In this document: positions 42,669-52,423 of the stretch, piece by piece
Numbering within the stretch: position 1 is the first letter of the stretch
Layout: the number at the start of each line of letters is the position of its first letter
Source of the DNA: Candidatus Latescibacterota bacterium
Lineage (GTDB): Bacteria > Latescibacterota > UBA2968 > GCA-2709665
Assembly (NCBI GenBank): GCA_963667175.2
Contig: CAXXXF010000006.1
Span: 512,001-576,000, forward strand
Length of the DNA: 64,000 nt
Reading direction: 5' to 3'
Notes under the pieces: generated by a model
Seen by the model: only the letters and a program-made list of their open reading frames with translations
Database searches by the model: none
What the model was told of the DNA's origin: nothing
Program-made: the position numbers and the translations under genes

Positions 42669-42696
42669 AATATACCTACTAAAGTACGGATGTCAA
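42669..42696 (-). promoter_or_regulatory. Sigma70-like promoter overlapped by TCCGTAC direct repeats
   Basis: Minus-strand TTGACA-N16-TATATT; GTACGGA(T) repeated three times plus one GTACAGA in about 42684-42742. Confidence 0.55.
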
Positions 42697-43378
42697 GTAT
42701 AATCGTCGTACAGAAGTCGTGTACGGATGTCAGGTACGGATTCACAGTAGATGGGTGGATTATACTCAGTAGCAGACTCTGAGATGGTATCGATGACGGC
42801 CTCGTTGACCTCTCTCGCCTGGTTCCAGTGCGTCTCGAACCATTCATGGAGCTGAGAAACCTCGCGTGCGCTCTGAATCTGTACATTCAGTTCGACGTTC
42901 CTCGTGAGACCCGGACGCGTGAAATTGCTGGAACCCACCAACGCCTGGGCGCCGACAACCTCAAGCTTTGCGTGGGTGATGTAGGCCTTGGCGTGAATTT
43001 TTCCTTGTCGTACACACGACAATCAATTTGCCCGGAGCGGAGGCCGTCGAGGATCGCAGGGACCCCGTGCAAGAACGGATTCGGTTCCTTGTCGTCCTCG
43101 ATACTGTCGTCCAATCTGTCAATTGCCTGGGTCCGGACCGCTTCGAGAATAGCTTTCCGGGTCCTGAGCGTGGTCTCCGCGCCCATCAGGATCCGGATCC
43201 TGTCGAGCCCCTGCCATCTGCCATTAAGGTCGAGCAGGGCGCCGATCTCGAAGTAACCGGTCGCGACGTCGAACGCCGTCGCGATGCTGGACCACTCCTC
43301 CAGATACCGGAGGCCGGTCCAGCCAGAGACACTGTTATCGACGATGAAGAGGTCGCGGCCTTTTGAGTCAACATTCAT
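42693..43378 (-). pseudogene. Truncated, frameshifted PLD-nuclease domain gene (N-terminus typical of PLD-SNF2 helicase defence/RM-associated proteins)
   Basis: FIVDNS..ATGYFEIG..VYDKEKF, then a 1-nt frameshift near 42995 to HAKAYI..VGSSNFT.PGL..NVELN; homology stops abruptly near 42775. Confidence 0.75.
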
Positions 43379-43387
43379 CACGCGCCC

Positions 43388-43957
43388 TCAGGCGGTCCAG
43401 CGCATGACGTCGTCGAGCGGTTTTCGCCTGGGGGAGGGAATCTCGCTGGGATACCCCATATAGAAGAATCCGATGATATACTCCCGGTCCCGGTCCACGT
43501 CGAGCAATTCGTACGTTTCCTTCTGCATGGTGATCGGACCCGTGCTCCACTGCATTCCAACACCCAGTTCCCAGGCCGCGAGCTGCACGTTCTGCATGGC
43601 GCAGCAGGCCGCCGCGTAGTCCTCCCGACGCCGCTGTTCGTCTCCCTCCTGCACGCAGGAGACCGCGACGATCGTGGGTTTGGACATGAACTTGCCGTAA
43701 CCCGCCTGCCAGAGCACCTTTCGGGCGTCTTCGCCTGCTTTTTCGGACGCCTTGCCCTGCTGGACGTCGCCGTATCGCCGCGCCAGCGTCTCCTTGGTCG
43801 TTTCCCCCAGAACGACAAACCGCCACGGTTCCGTAACATGGTGATTCGGCGCCCACAGGCCGAACTCGAAGATGCGCTTCAGCATCTCGTCAGATACGGG
43901 CCTGGAATTGAACTTGAAGATCGTCCGCCGCGCTTTCAGTACATCGAGTACGTCCAT
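43388..43957 (-). CDS. Nitroreductase family protein
   Basis: ARRTIFKF, APNHHVTEPWRFVV, QNVQLAAWELGVG, YMGYP. Confidence 0.9.
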   Translation of the reverse strand: MDVLDVLKARRTIFKFNSRPVSDEMLKRIFEFGLWAPNHHVTEPWRFVVLGETTKETLARRYGDVQQGKASEKAGEDARKVLWQAGYGKFMSKPTIVAVSCVQEGDEQRRREDYAAACCAMQNVQLAAWELGVGMQWSTGPITMQKETYELLDVDRDREYIIGFFYMGYPSEIPSPRRKPLDDVMRWTA

Positions 43958-44018
43958 CCCGACCCTCCACAAATGAACAGAGCCCCCGCGGATGACGGGG
44001 TCACTGATTGCCGCGTAG

Positions 44019-45287
44019 TCAGTCCCGCCGTCCCGTCAACGCCTCCACGACCTTTCGGACCGCCCGGACAGCGGCGTTTGCCTCGGCCACGGTATTGTGC
44101 TGGGTCATCCGAACCGCCCCCACCAGTTCTCCATAGGTCCTGGCGTTGGGACACGCCTCAAGCGGATACGCCCCCTTTTTCAGCCTGCCGGGCCTGTAGC
44201 TGTTGAACGCCGCGGGATTCCGGTGCAACCTCCGGAACACCTGCCAGCCCACCACGTACTGCTGGGGGTTCCCGAATGCCGGTATCCCCTCCGCGGCGAC
44301 CATCCGGCAAAATTCCGGCGCATTCACCCCCAGGACGTCCGCGTTGACGGAAAACAGCGCCCACCAGTAACTGGGTTTCGCCCCCGCGGGCTGGGGATGC
44401 GGCTTCACCCCCGGCAGCCCGGAGATCCCCTGATCGAACGCCTCGCCGAACGCCTGGCGCCTGGCAATCCACTTCGGTACGCGCTTCAGCTGCACCGCCG
44501 CCAGGGCAGCGTTTACGTCGCTGAGCCGTACGTTCAACGCCGGAAAAGCGGGCGTCGCCGGCGCGCCCGGGAACCTGGGATAGCACTTGTCGGAAAAGAG
44601 GTCCGCCGTTTCGGCCAGTTTCCGACGCCGGGTCAGAACAAACCCGCCTTCGCCCGACTTCATGTGTTTGCTTTCGTTCGTGCTCCACGCGCCGAGCTGT
44701 CCGAACGTGCCGAGATACCTGCCCTTGATGGAGGCGAGATGCGCCTGCGCGCAATCCTCGATCACCATCAGCCGATGGCGGCGGGCGGCCCGCATGACCG
44801 CGGGCATATCCACGGCGTACCCTCCGTTATGGATCGGCATGATCGCACGAGTATGAGGCGTGATCGCGGCTTCCATCGCCTCCACGTCCATCAGCAACCC
44901 GTCCGGCTGCACGTCGGCGAAAACAGGGATCGCGTTCAACTGAAATATCCCCATAATGCTGCCATAGTCGGTCAGCGGACTCAATATCACCTCATCCCCC
45001 GCGCCGATACCCGCCGCGGCCAATGCCACATGGATGGCCGCGCTGCCGGAACTCGTGGGCACGGCATACGACAACCCGTAGAGCTTCTTCAGTCCCTCGC
45101 GATACGCCATAACGGCCCGGCCGCGGGCCAGCGGCAGCGCCGGACCTGAAAGCAGCTTCTCCAGCGCCGCCAGTTCCTCCTTGAAATGGAACGATCCCGA
45201 ACGCCACGGCTTGTTGTGTACCGGCCTGCCGCCGTGAACGGCCAGATCGGACTTCCTCGTAACCTTTGCCAAAATAACCTCCTCCAT
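44019..45287 (-). CDS. DegT/DnrJ/EryC1/StrS PLP-dependent aminotransferase
   Basis: SSGSAAIH, GAGDEVI, PVFADV, IEDCAQAH, SKHMKSGEGG. Confidence 0.9.
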   Translation of the reverse strand: MEEVILAKVTRKSDLAVHGGRPVHNKPWRSGSFHFKEELAALEKLLSGPALPLARGRAVMAYREGLKKLYGLSYAVPTSSGSAAIHVALAAAGIGAGDEVILSPLTDYGSIMGIFQLNAIPVFADVQPDGLLMDVEAMEAAITPHTRAIMPIHNGGYAVDMPAVMRAARRHRLMVIEDCAQAHLASIKGRYLGTFGQLGAWSTNESKHMKSGEGGFVLTRRRKLAETADLFSDKCYPRFPGAPATPAFPALNVRLSDVNAALAAVQLKRVPKWIARRQAFGEAFDQGISGLPGVKPHPQPAGAKPSYWWALFSVNADVLGVNAPEFCRMVAAEGIPAFGNPQQYVVGWQVFRRLHRNPAAFNSYRPGRLKKGAYPLEACPNARTYGELVGAVRMTQHNTVAEANAAVRAVRKVVEALTGRRD

Positions 45288-45319
45288 TGTCCTGTCCCGG
45301 CGCCCCGGACACCCGGCGG

Positions 45320-46414
45320 CTATACCGCGTACGTTTCCAGCACCTCTCTGTCGATCTCGATACCCAGACCCGGACGCTGAATCACCGGCACGTACCCGTC
45401 TACGGCGTGGATCGGCTCCCTGGCGAGTTCGGTTCGGAGACGGTTTTCCGTCATGTCGAATTCAAACAACGACGGGAACGGATGTAACGACTCGGGCGAG
45501 TCCGGCAGTGTCGCCTGCCAGTGTATCGTCGCGGCGAGGCGGATGCTGGTTCCCCACATGTGGGGCAGTACCCGCACGTGGTTGGCGCTTGCCAGCGCGG
45601 CGACTTTCCGGCATTCCGTAAACCCGCCGGCATCGCAGACGTCCGGCTGCACGATATCCAGACCGCGTTCCTGGATGAGATCGCGGAACGCCCACCTCCC
45701 CTGAAGCGCCTCGCCGCCGGCAACCCGCACCCCAAGCGCCTGTCTTACCTCGCGGTAGCCGGCCGCGTCGTCGGTTGAAACCGGTTCCTCGTACCACAAC
45801 AAATCGTTCTCAAGCAACTGACGCCCAACGTGGATCGCTGTCCCGGCATCGTATCCGCAGTTGGCATCCACCGCAAGCAGAACCGAATCGCCGATCGCCC
45901 CGCGCACCGCGGCCACGTTTTTGACGTCGTAATCCACGCCGAATCCGATCTTCATCTTCACGGCCGGGAACCCCAGATCCACGTAGGACGCCGCCTCGTC
46001 GATCAACGACCGGGTCATATCGGTTTTCCGCCGGCAGAACAATCCGCTGGCGTATGCCGGAATGCGTTCCCGGAACGCGCCGCCCAGGAGCCGGTGGATG
46101 GGCATCTCGAGGGCTCTGCCCACAATATCCCAAAGCGCGACGTCCACCGCGCTTACCTCAGAAAAACCGACCCCGCCGCGCAGATGCAGGTCGTTCCAGA
46201 TGACTTCGACGTCGAACGGATCGCGGCCCACCAGGCGGGCGCGCAGCGCCGCTTCGTTCAGATCCGAGACCCCTTCGCCCCAACCCGTTACGCCCGCGTC
46301 CGTGATGACCTCGATCACGCCCGCGGTCCTCGCCGTATTCCATGCGATGGCGTTCGCAAAGGGCTCTTTCAGAGGGTACCGGAGATTGTAGACCCTGATG
46401 TCGGTGATCTTCAT
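45320..46414 (-). CDS. Mandelate racemase / muconate lactonizing enzyme family
   Basis: GWGE, DVALWDI, KMKIG, VDAN, YEEP, GGE, QPD, RPGLGIE. Confidence 0.92.
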   Translation of the reverse strand: MKITDIRVYNLRYPLKEPFANAIAWNTARTAGVIEVITDAGVTGWGEGVSDLNEAALRARLVGRDPFDVEVIWNDLHLRGGVGFSEVSAVDVALWDIVGRALEMPIHRLLGGAFRERIPAYASGLFCRRKTDMTRSLIDEAASYVDLGFPAVKMKIGFGVDYDVKNVAAVRGAIGDSVLLAVDANCGYDAGTAIHVGRQLLENDLLWYEEPVSTDDAAGYREVRQALGVRVAGGEALQGRWAFRDLIQERGLDIVQPDVCDAGGFTECRKVAALASANHVRVLPHMWGTSIRLAATIHWQATLPDSPESLHPFPSLFEFDMTENRLRTELAREPIHAVDGYVPVIQRPGLGIEIDREVLETYAV

Positions 46415-46434
46415 TTCGATTCAAAAACCCTGGC

Positions 46435-47235
46435 TCATACCGAAGTCCGCCGTCGGTTGTAAGCGACCGCCTCCGGAAACAGGTTCGTCAGGTGGTTCAG
46501 CGATTCGCTGACTTCACACTCGCAAGCCGAGCAGGGGAAAGGCAACGTACCTGTGGCGCGGAATCGTCTCCCGTTTCCGACGTGAAAGTCGCCGCGCCGG
46601 TCCATGAACTGGCCCCAATGTCCCATCGTATAGCCGATACGGGGATTCACGACCTCGCTCTCCGCCCAGCGGGTCGGAAACAGAGACCGGAAACGCGGCG
46701 TGGCATTCATCCAACTGCTGCAACGAACCATTGTGACGTCGGGGCGCCGCGCCCGTGAGTCCACAAGCATCCTGACCAGCGACGCCGCGAAAGGCGTGAA
46801 CATCTCGCTCAGCGGAGAATCGGGTCTGTAGACATTATCGACGTGGATGTTCAGCCGGCCCGACGACGTATAGTCGTAAGACCAGCACTCGTACGGCCGG
46901 TCGCCCGACAACCCCTCGTCAGCCACCCTCAAGCGGGCCTCGAGACAGGGCCGCAACAAGGCCAGCCCCGCATTCTCGAATCCCGTCGCCCGGGGATCAT
47001 CCCTATGCCGGATGAAAAGCGACGCCAGCCGGTCGACCAGGTCCGCCCACTCCGGTCCGACGTTGTCACCGGAGGGATGGTGTTTCCCGTCATAGAAGGA
47101 CGTGTTCCGGTAGATGTTCACCCGCTTGTTCACCACGTCGGCGAAGGGTTCCGCCCCGGTTCTGGTCCGGCGCCAGACGTACCACAGGGATAGCTTCGTG
47201 AACCCCTTCACGTAGCTAAGGCGAATCGGATCCAT
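46435..47235 (-). CDS. Hypothetical protein
   Basis: 266-aa ORF co-oriented with neighbours and filling the gap; no family recognised. Confidence 0.6.
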   Translation of the reverse strand: MDPIRLSYVKGFTKLSLWYVWRRTRTGAEPFADVVNKRVNIYRNTSFYDGKHHPSGDNVGPEWADLVDRLASLFIRHRDDPRATGFENAGLALLRPCLEARLRVADEGLSGDRPYECWSYDYTSSGRLNIHVDNVYRPDSPLSEMFTPFAASLVRMLVDSRARRPDVTMVRCSSWMNATPRFRSLFPTRWAESEVVNPRIGYTMGHWGQFMDRRGDFHVGNGRRFRATGTLPFPCSACECEVSESLNHLTNLFPEAVAYNRRRTSV

Positions 47236-47295
47236 ACCCGGTATCGAATTCCAGTGACCAGACGGGAACGCGCGACGAGTCGCGGGTGAGTGCGC

Positions 47296-48186
47296 CTATC
47301 CTCTCCCCGGAAACGTCAATTCGGCAACGCCCGACTTGTCCAGTTCGCCCTTGCCGATTTCAGTCAACCGGTCGTACTGGCGTTTGGCGGCATCCGCGAG
47401 CGGCAGTTGCAAACCGGCGTCGCTCGCCAGATTCAAGGCGATGCCGGAATCCTTGGCCGCGTGCGCCGAGGAGAAATAACACTCGTGATCCCGGGCCACC
47501 ATGTCCTCCCCGTCGGTTTCCAGCACCCGGGAATTTGCGCCCGTCTGCGAAAACACCTGCTGGAGCATCTCCAGATCGAGGCCCAGCGCCGCCCCGAGCC
47601 CCAACCCTTCGGCCAGTCCCGCCGTATTGATGTTCATCACCATATTCACGAGCGCCTTGACCTGCGCCGCCCGTCCGGCCGTTCCGATGTACTTCAGGTC
47701 CGTACTCATCGAGTCCAGGATCGGCCGCACGTCGTCGAATACCTCCCGCTTGCCGCCGCACATCAGATAAAGCGTGCCTTCCCGGGCCTGGGTGATGCTG
47801 CTTGCCATACACCCTTCCAGGCTTCTCGCGCCCGCCTGTTCCGCCAGCGCTTCGACGTCGACGTGTACCTGCGGGGTGATGGTTGCGCAATTGATGAAGA
47901 CTCTCCCGTCCGCGCCGTTCAGCAGACTGTCTCCTCCGGTTGAAAAAACCGCACGCATCGCGTCGTCGTCGGTGACGACCGTAATGATCTGAGCCGCCGC
48001 CGCGGTGACGCCCGCCAGCGTCGCCGATGCCTCACACCCGAGTTCCCGCGCCAGCTCGGAAGCGGCATCGGCTCGGAGGTCGTAGACCGAAGTCACGGAA
48101 AAGCCGTCTTCCTTCAGATGCCTTGCAATATTCGCGCCCATGCGCCCGACGCCCACCACACCGATTCTGAAATCAGAAGTCGCCAT
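47296..48186 (-). CDS. NAD(P)-dependent beta-hydroxyacid dehydrogenase
   Basis: IGVVGVGRMGANIA, AAQVKALVN, AHAAKD. Confidence 0.87.
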   Translation of the reverse strand: MATSDFRIGVVGVGRMGANIARHLKEDGFSVTSVYDLRADAASELARELGCEASATLAGVTAAAAQIITVVTDDDAMRAVFSTGGDSLLNGADGRVFINCATITPQVHVDVEALAEQAGARSLEGCMASSITQAREGTLYLMCGGKREVFDDVRPILDSMSTDLKYIGTAGRAAQVKALVNMVMNINTAGLAEGLGLGAALGLDLEMLQQVFSQTGANSRVLETDGEDMVARDHECYFSSAHAAKDSGIALNLASDAGLQLPLADAAKRQYDRLTEIGKGELDKSGVAELTFPGRG

Positions 48187-48270
48187 GTTGCCCTCCGGCA
48201 TACAAAGAGCGTTCAACAGCCGGCGCATAAACGGATGCGGCCAACGGTCGAACGCTCCGGTCGGAACATG

Positions 48271-48705
48271 CTACAGGTTATTGTGGAATTCCGTCCAATC
48301 GTCCAGATTGTTCAGGTTTACCGCGTCCAGAATCGACCCGTCGTCGGCCACGCCGGCCGCGGACAGGATCGCCCCGCGGGTCTCGTCGTCGTGGTGATAT
48401 CCGTTAATGGCCGCATTGGAAGCGTCGATTTCATCCTGAGGAATGCTGCCGCCGCGCTGATCCACCACCCACTTCTCGAATTCGATATACGTGGGAAGGT
48501 TGCTCTTCACGTAGTCTACCGCCGCGTCACGATCGACTTTCAATCCGTCCAGCACCATCTGGTCGTAACCGGCGCCGCATTCCGGATAGTCGTCCGCCAG
48601 CTGGCCCTTTGCCGAAAGCGTCAGCTTCAACCACAACCTGGGGAGGTGGATGGCGCCCAGAGGACCTGCGACACCGGAACTGATAAGGGGAATCGTGCCT
48701 GCCAT
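48271..48705 (-). CDS. Conserved small protein (DUF5069-like)
   Basis: GPLGAIHLPRLWLK, GYDQMVL, LDDW C-terminus; RBS AGGAG. Confidence 0.6.
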   Translation of the reverse strand: MAGTIPLISSGVAGPLGAIHLPRLWLKLTLSAKGQLADDYPECGAGYDQMVLDGLKVDRDAAVDYVKSNLPTYIEFEKWVVDQRGGSIPQDEIDASNAAINGYHHDDETRGAILSAAGVADDGSILDAVNLNNLDDWTEFHNNL

Positions 48706-48968
48706 GGTGCGTCTCCTTCTGAAGTTGGGGAGTTGAAAGGAAACCGCGTTATGGACACCGCGGCCAATGCGCCCCGTTCATCGGCCCGAGTGACTCATAG
48801 ATGTACAGGATGAAAACCCTGTCAAGTTGAAAAACACCGGACTTGCGCTACGGCCCTCAACAGTCCGTTGAAAAAGCCGCTCTGCAGGCAAGTCGCGATC
48901 TGAATGCCGTACACAAAACGAGCGGATGAGATCGACGCTCATCCGCTCCATTCCCGGGGCCGCCAATT

Positions 48969-49640
48969 TCATGCTTCCCGGCTGTTTTTCAACCGGTCGA
49001 TTTCGTCCCTGAGTCTGCCCGCTTCTTCGTAACGCTCCTGCCTGCTGGCCTGCTCCATCTTTCGACGGAGATCGTTGATCCGTACTTCGACGGAGTCTCC
49101 GGTGTCGGTCGATCCGCTCTTGGGGACTTCGGCCACCGTCATCAGCGCTTCTTCCTTTTCCTCAGAACGTTTGGGCGGGGCCCAGGCTTCGATGGTCTCG
49201 GGTTCCTCGTCTCCCTCGTCCGGCGGGTCGTCGTGTCCGGCCTCGGCGACGACGGCTTCCGAGACGTAGATCGGCGCTTCGTAACGCAATGCCAGGGCAA
49301 CGCAATCGCTCGGGCGGGCGTCGACACGCCAGCGCTTCGCGCCGCGCGCCAGCGACAGTTCCGCGTAAAAGATGCCTTCCTTCAACGCGACGATGTAGAC
49401 GCCTTCGATTGTGGCGCCGAGTTGCCCCAGAATCGACCGGACCAGGTCGTGTGTAAGCGGGCGCTGCGGGCGTTCGTTCGTGAGTTCGGCGTAGATGGCG
49501 CTGGCCTCCATCAGCCCGATCACGATCGGCAGCAGCACCTGTTGCTCGCGGTTGCACAGCCAGATCATGCGCGGTTGGGAAACCTGGACGGGTCGTAACG
49601 CGTTCAGCGTGCGTTCAATGTCGATCTTGACTTCCACCAT
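48969..49640 (-). CDS. Bifunctional nuclease (DUF151) with C-terminal UvrB/UvrC (UVR) motif
   Basis: LPIVIGLMEA, RPLTHDL, DARPSDCVALA, ERYEEAGRLRDEI. Confidence 0.88.
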   Translation of the reverse strand: MVEVKIDIERTLNALRPVQVSQPRMIWLCNREQQVLLPIVIGLMEASAIYAELTNERPQRPLTHDLVRSILGQLGATIEGVYIVALKEGIFYAELSLARGAKRWRVDARPSDCVALALRYEAPIYVSEAVVAEAGHDDPPDEGDEEPETIEAWAPPKRSEEKEEALMTVAEVPKSGSTDTGDSVEVRINDLRRKMEQASRQERYEEAGRLRDEIDRLKNSREA

Positions 49641-49724
49641 CGCCTTCCTCCGGGTTTTCATCGCCGGAAACGCAAATCGCAATATACGAAAGACAGGTTC
49701 GGCGGCAAAGCCAATTTACGCCCC

Positions 49725-51026
49725 TTAGAAGCATTGCGGCGCAAACCGTTCCAACAGGCGAATACACGCCGCCTCCAGCCGTTCCGCGCTTCCCGGCGCG
49801 ACTCGCGACCAGGGACCGGGCCTGACCTCGTATCCCCCCTCTGCATAGGCGCGGTGGATGGGGAAATATCCGATCCATCCATTCGCGTTGCCCGTAACGA
49901 ACCACGCGCCCGCCCGTTTGATCGCAAGCCCCGTCTCCACAAACACCTCCCCCGGAAGCGCGACCCAGCGCAGCCGTCCCAGAGCGATGGCCTGAATCTC
50001 CACGTGAAGGGGTCCCTCGGCGTGCTTGCGCGCGAGGCGCAACGCCAGGCGGTCTTGCGAGGACGGATCCCGCACCGCGTTTTTCTCCGCCTCTTCCAGC
50101 GTCGGGCAGGGCCTCGCGTCAAGTTCCAGTCGATCCGTTATGTGCGCAACTCCGGCGGACGGGAGCGGATCCCCCTTCTTCAGCCGGACGATCTCGTCCA
50201 GTGCCGCGCGACCCAGCGTTCCTCCGATCCGGGACACGTCTTCGAAACTGGTCGTTACGCATATCGAGTTCACATTGCCGCACGCGCCGTTGAGAAAGAG
50301 ACAGGGCGCGCCGTTGAGGCCAACTTCCACCGAGGCCGCGAGCGCGCCGGGATAGTCGGCGGAGACCGGCGGGAGCAGCATGGCCACGACCGGATGCGCG
50401 GCATAGTTCACCATCACGGCCTGCGGTTGTCCGGTCAAGGCTTCCAGATAAAGAACCGACAGCGCCTCGTCGACGGCCCAGGGTCCGGCCGCCTCTTCGC
50501 GCGGAGGCAACGACCCGGCCTGGTTCAGTGTGCCGTCTTTCAGGAGAATCCGCCGATGCCTGGCCACACCCTGGACCTGCGTCGCCCCGGCATACGCCCG
50601 GACCGGGATCCGCGCTTCCCACGCTTCGGCTACGGTGGATGCCAGCGAGTCCAGGTGAGCCTCCAGCCATTCCTGAATCCCTTCGGTTTCGCGGAACGGC
50701 GTCAGGCCCAGGGTTTCCGGCGTGGAGTGCGAGTGGGTGGCCGAGAGCATCACGCCCTCTGCCGGCAAACCCGTCCGCGCGGAAATCCGCGAACGCAGTT
50801 CAGCCGTGAAATTCCGCCCGGGCCCCAGAATCGCGTTGTCGTAACCGACCGCATCCACCGCCAATATCGCGACCGACGTACAGCCGTCGTCGAGCACCAG
50901 GGCCCTGGCGTACAGGTCGTCGTGGACGCCCTCGAACGAGGCGCAAGTGCCGTTTCCGGACGACGTCAGATAGGGAACCCAGGTGGGCGGGGTCACACAC
51001 CGCTTTGCGGCGCCGGCCATCAGCAC
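49725..51026 (-). CDS. Neutral/alkaline ceramidase-like hydrolase
   Basis: HDDLYARALVL, SATHSHS, NYAAHP, SADYPG, GACGNVN, LPGEVF, GGYE. Confidence 0.8.
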   Translation of the reverse strand: MLMAGAAKRCVTPPTWVPYLTSSGNGTCASFEGVHDDLYARALVLDDGCTSVAILAVDAVGYDNAILGPGRNFTAELRSRISARTGLPAEGVMLSATHSHSTPETLGLTPFRETEGIQEWLEAHLDSLASTVAEAWEARIPVRAYAGATQVQGVARHRRILLKDGTLNQAGSLPPREEAAGPWAVDEALSVLYLEALTGQPQAVMVNYAAHPVVAMLLPPVSADYPGALAASVEVGLNGAPCLFLNGACGNVNSICVTTSFEDVSRIGGTLGRAALDEIVRLKKGDPLPSAGVAHITDRLELDARPCPTLEEAEKNAVRDPSSQDRLALRLARKHAEGPLHVEIQAIALGRLRWVALPGEVFVETGLAIKRAGAWFVTGNANGWIGYFPIHRAYAEGGYEVRPGPWSRVAPGSAERLEAACIRLLERFAPQCF

Positions 51027-51086
51027 CTTCGGGTACCTCCATTCACCGCGGGCGCCGGGATGGGCCGCGTGCCATCCGATCCCGGG

Positions 51087-51115
51087 TTGACACGATCGTC
51101 CCGAACGGATAAATT
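51087..51115 (+). promoter_or_regulatory. Sigma70 promoter
   Basis: TTGACA-N17-TAAATT, 28 nt upstream of ATG 51144. Confidence 0.55.
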
Positions 51116-51143
51116 ACGCGCATTCATCAGGAGAGGAGAATCC

Positions 51144-51968
51144 ATGGAACTTTCGCTTTCCGTTCGGGTTGCCGAGAGCTTCAGCAACAAACGGGTCGCG
51201 GACATCGCGCTGCCCGACCTTGCGGGCATCGCAAGACGGGCCGGATATGCCGCGCTGTGCATGCGCGCCTCGGTCGTGGGTGTCCGGAGCGCCCCCGAAA
51301 TCGTGGCTTCCGCGCGCGCACTGCTGAGGCGGGAAGGCCTTGCGGTCTCCATGGTCACCGGCGACTTCGCCGTTCCCGAAAACGGCGACGACGGCCCGGG
51401 CTGCCTGCGGAAAATCACCCCGCACCTGGATCTGGCTCAGGCTCTGGGATGCGATCTCATTCGCGTCTGCATCAAAACAGAAACCGACGTCCCGTTCGCC
51501 CGCGACGCCGCCGATGAAGCCGCGGACCGGAACATCCGCCTCGCCCACCAGAGCCATACCCTCAGCCTGTTTGAGACCGTGGAAGGCTCCCTGGACGTCC
51601 TAAGAAGAATTGGAAGGTCCAACTTCGGACTGATCTACGAGCCGGCCAACCTCGCCCTATGCGGCGAAGACTACGGCCCCGACGCGCTACGAAGATTTCA
51701 ACCGCACCTGTTCAACGTCTACCTGCAGAACCACGCACCCGACCCCAATGGCGATCGGCCGATGACCACCTGGGCGAGAGGGTCCGTAATGTCGATTCTA
51801 CGTCCTCTGGACGCGCCCGGGGGCATCGACTTCGACAGCGTCTTCGAGGGGCTGCACGCCATTTCCTACAACGGCTGCGTCACCGTACACCAGGCGTTCG
51901 GCGGCAGTCTGACCCCGGACGAAGCCGCCGCCCGATCCGCAAGATTCCTCAAGTCCTTCATCGATTAG
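51144..51968 (+). CDS. Sugar phosphate isomerase/epimerase (xylose-isomerase-like TIM barrel)
   Basis: RBS GAGGAG; LAHQSH, NFGLIYEPANL, GGIDF, YNGCVTVH. Confidence 0.75.
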   Translation: MELSLSVRVAESFSNKRVADIALPDLAGIARRAGYAALCMRASVVGVRSAPEIVASARALLRREGLAVSMVTGDFAVPENGDDGPGCLRKITPHLDLAQALGCDLIRVCIKTETDVPFARDAADEAADRNIRLAHQSHTLSLFETVEGSLDVLRRIGRSNFGLIYEPANLALCGEDYGPDALRRFQPHLFNVYLQNHAPDPNGDRPMTTWARGSVMSILRPLDAPGGIDFDSVFEGLHAISYNGCVTVHQAFGGSLTPDEAAARSARFLKSFID

Positions 51969-52019
51969 TGCGCTGTCCGGGGACGGCGTCGGGAGCGGGC
52001 TGTCGCTGCCCGCTGCGAC

Positions 52020-52385
52020 TCAATTCTCTCCCTCCCGCACGTATTCGGCGGTGATCTCGTGTTCGATCCCGCCCCTGACGTTGAACCGGCCGACCACGGT
52101 CATTTCGACCGGCGCGCAGACCTGAACCAGATCTTCCAGAATCCTGTTTGTCACGTCTTCGAAAAAAACGCCCCTGTCGCGAAATGACCTGAAATAGTAC
52201 TTGAGCGACTTGAGCTCCACGCATTGCTCGCCCGGAACGTAGCGCACCGTTATCGTGGCAAAGTCGGGCTGCCCCGTGAGGGGACACAACGACGTGAATT
52301 CCCGGCACGTGAATTCGATCGTGTACCGCCTGCCCGGACGCGGATTCTCGAACACGTCCAGGATTTCGCCAGCCTGACCCTGCAA
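52020..52385 (-). CDS. queF: 7-cyano-7-deazaguanine reductase, unimodular
   Basis: EFTSLCPLTGQPDFA (catalytic Cys and Asp), ELKSLKYY QueF motif, RGGI; TTG start after AGGAGG. Confidence 0.88.
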   Translation of the reverse strand: MQGQAGEILDVFENPRPGRRYTIEFTCREFTSLCPLTGQPDFATITVRYVPGEQCVELKSLKYYFRSFRDRGVFFEDVTNRILEDLVQVCAPVEMTVVGRFNVRGGIEHEITAEYVREGEN

Positions 52386-52423
52386 TCCGGCGCCCCTCCT
52401 GAAATCGGCCGCGCCTGCGGTTA

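Noticed and set aside
42990-43003. Programmed frameshift in the PLD gene at GGAAAAATTC
   Set aside because: The gene is also truncated shortly downstream, so a 1-nt deletion in a pseudogene is the simpler explanation.
49734-51143. 744-aa ORF 49734-51968 as one protein
   Set aside because: The 5' part is the antisense shadow of the ceramidase-like gene; promoter and RBS support the start at 51144.
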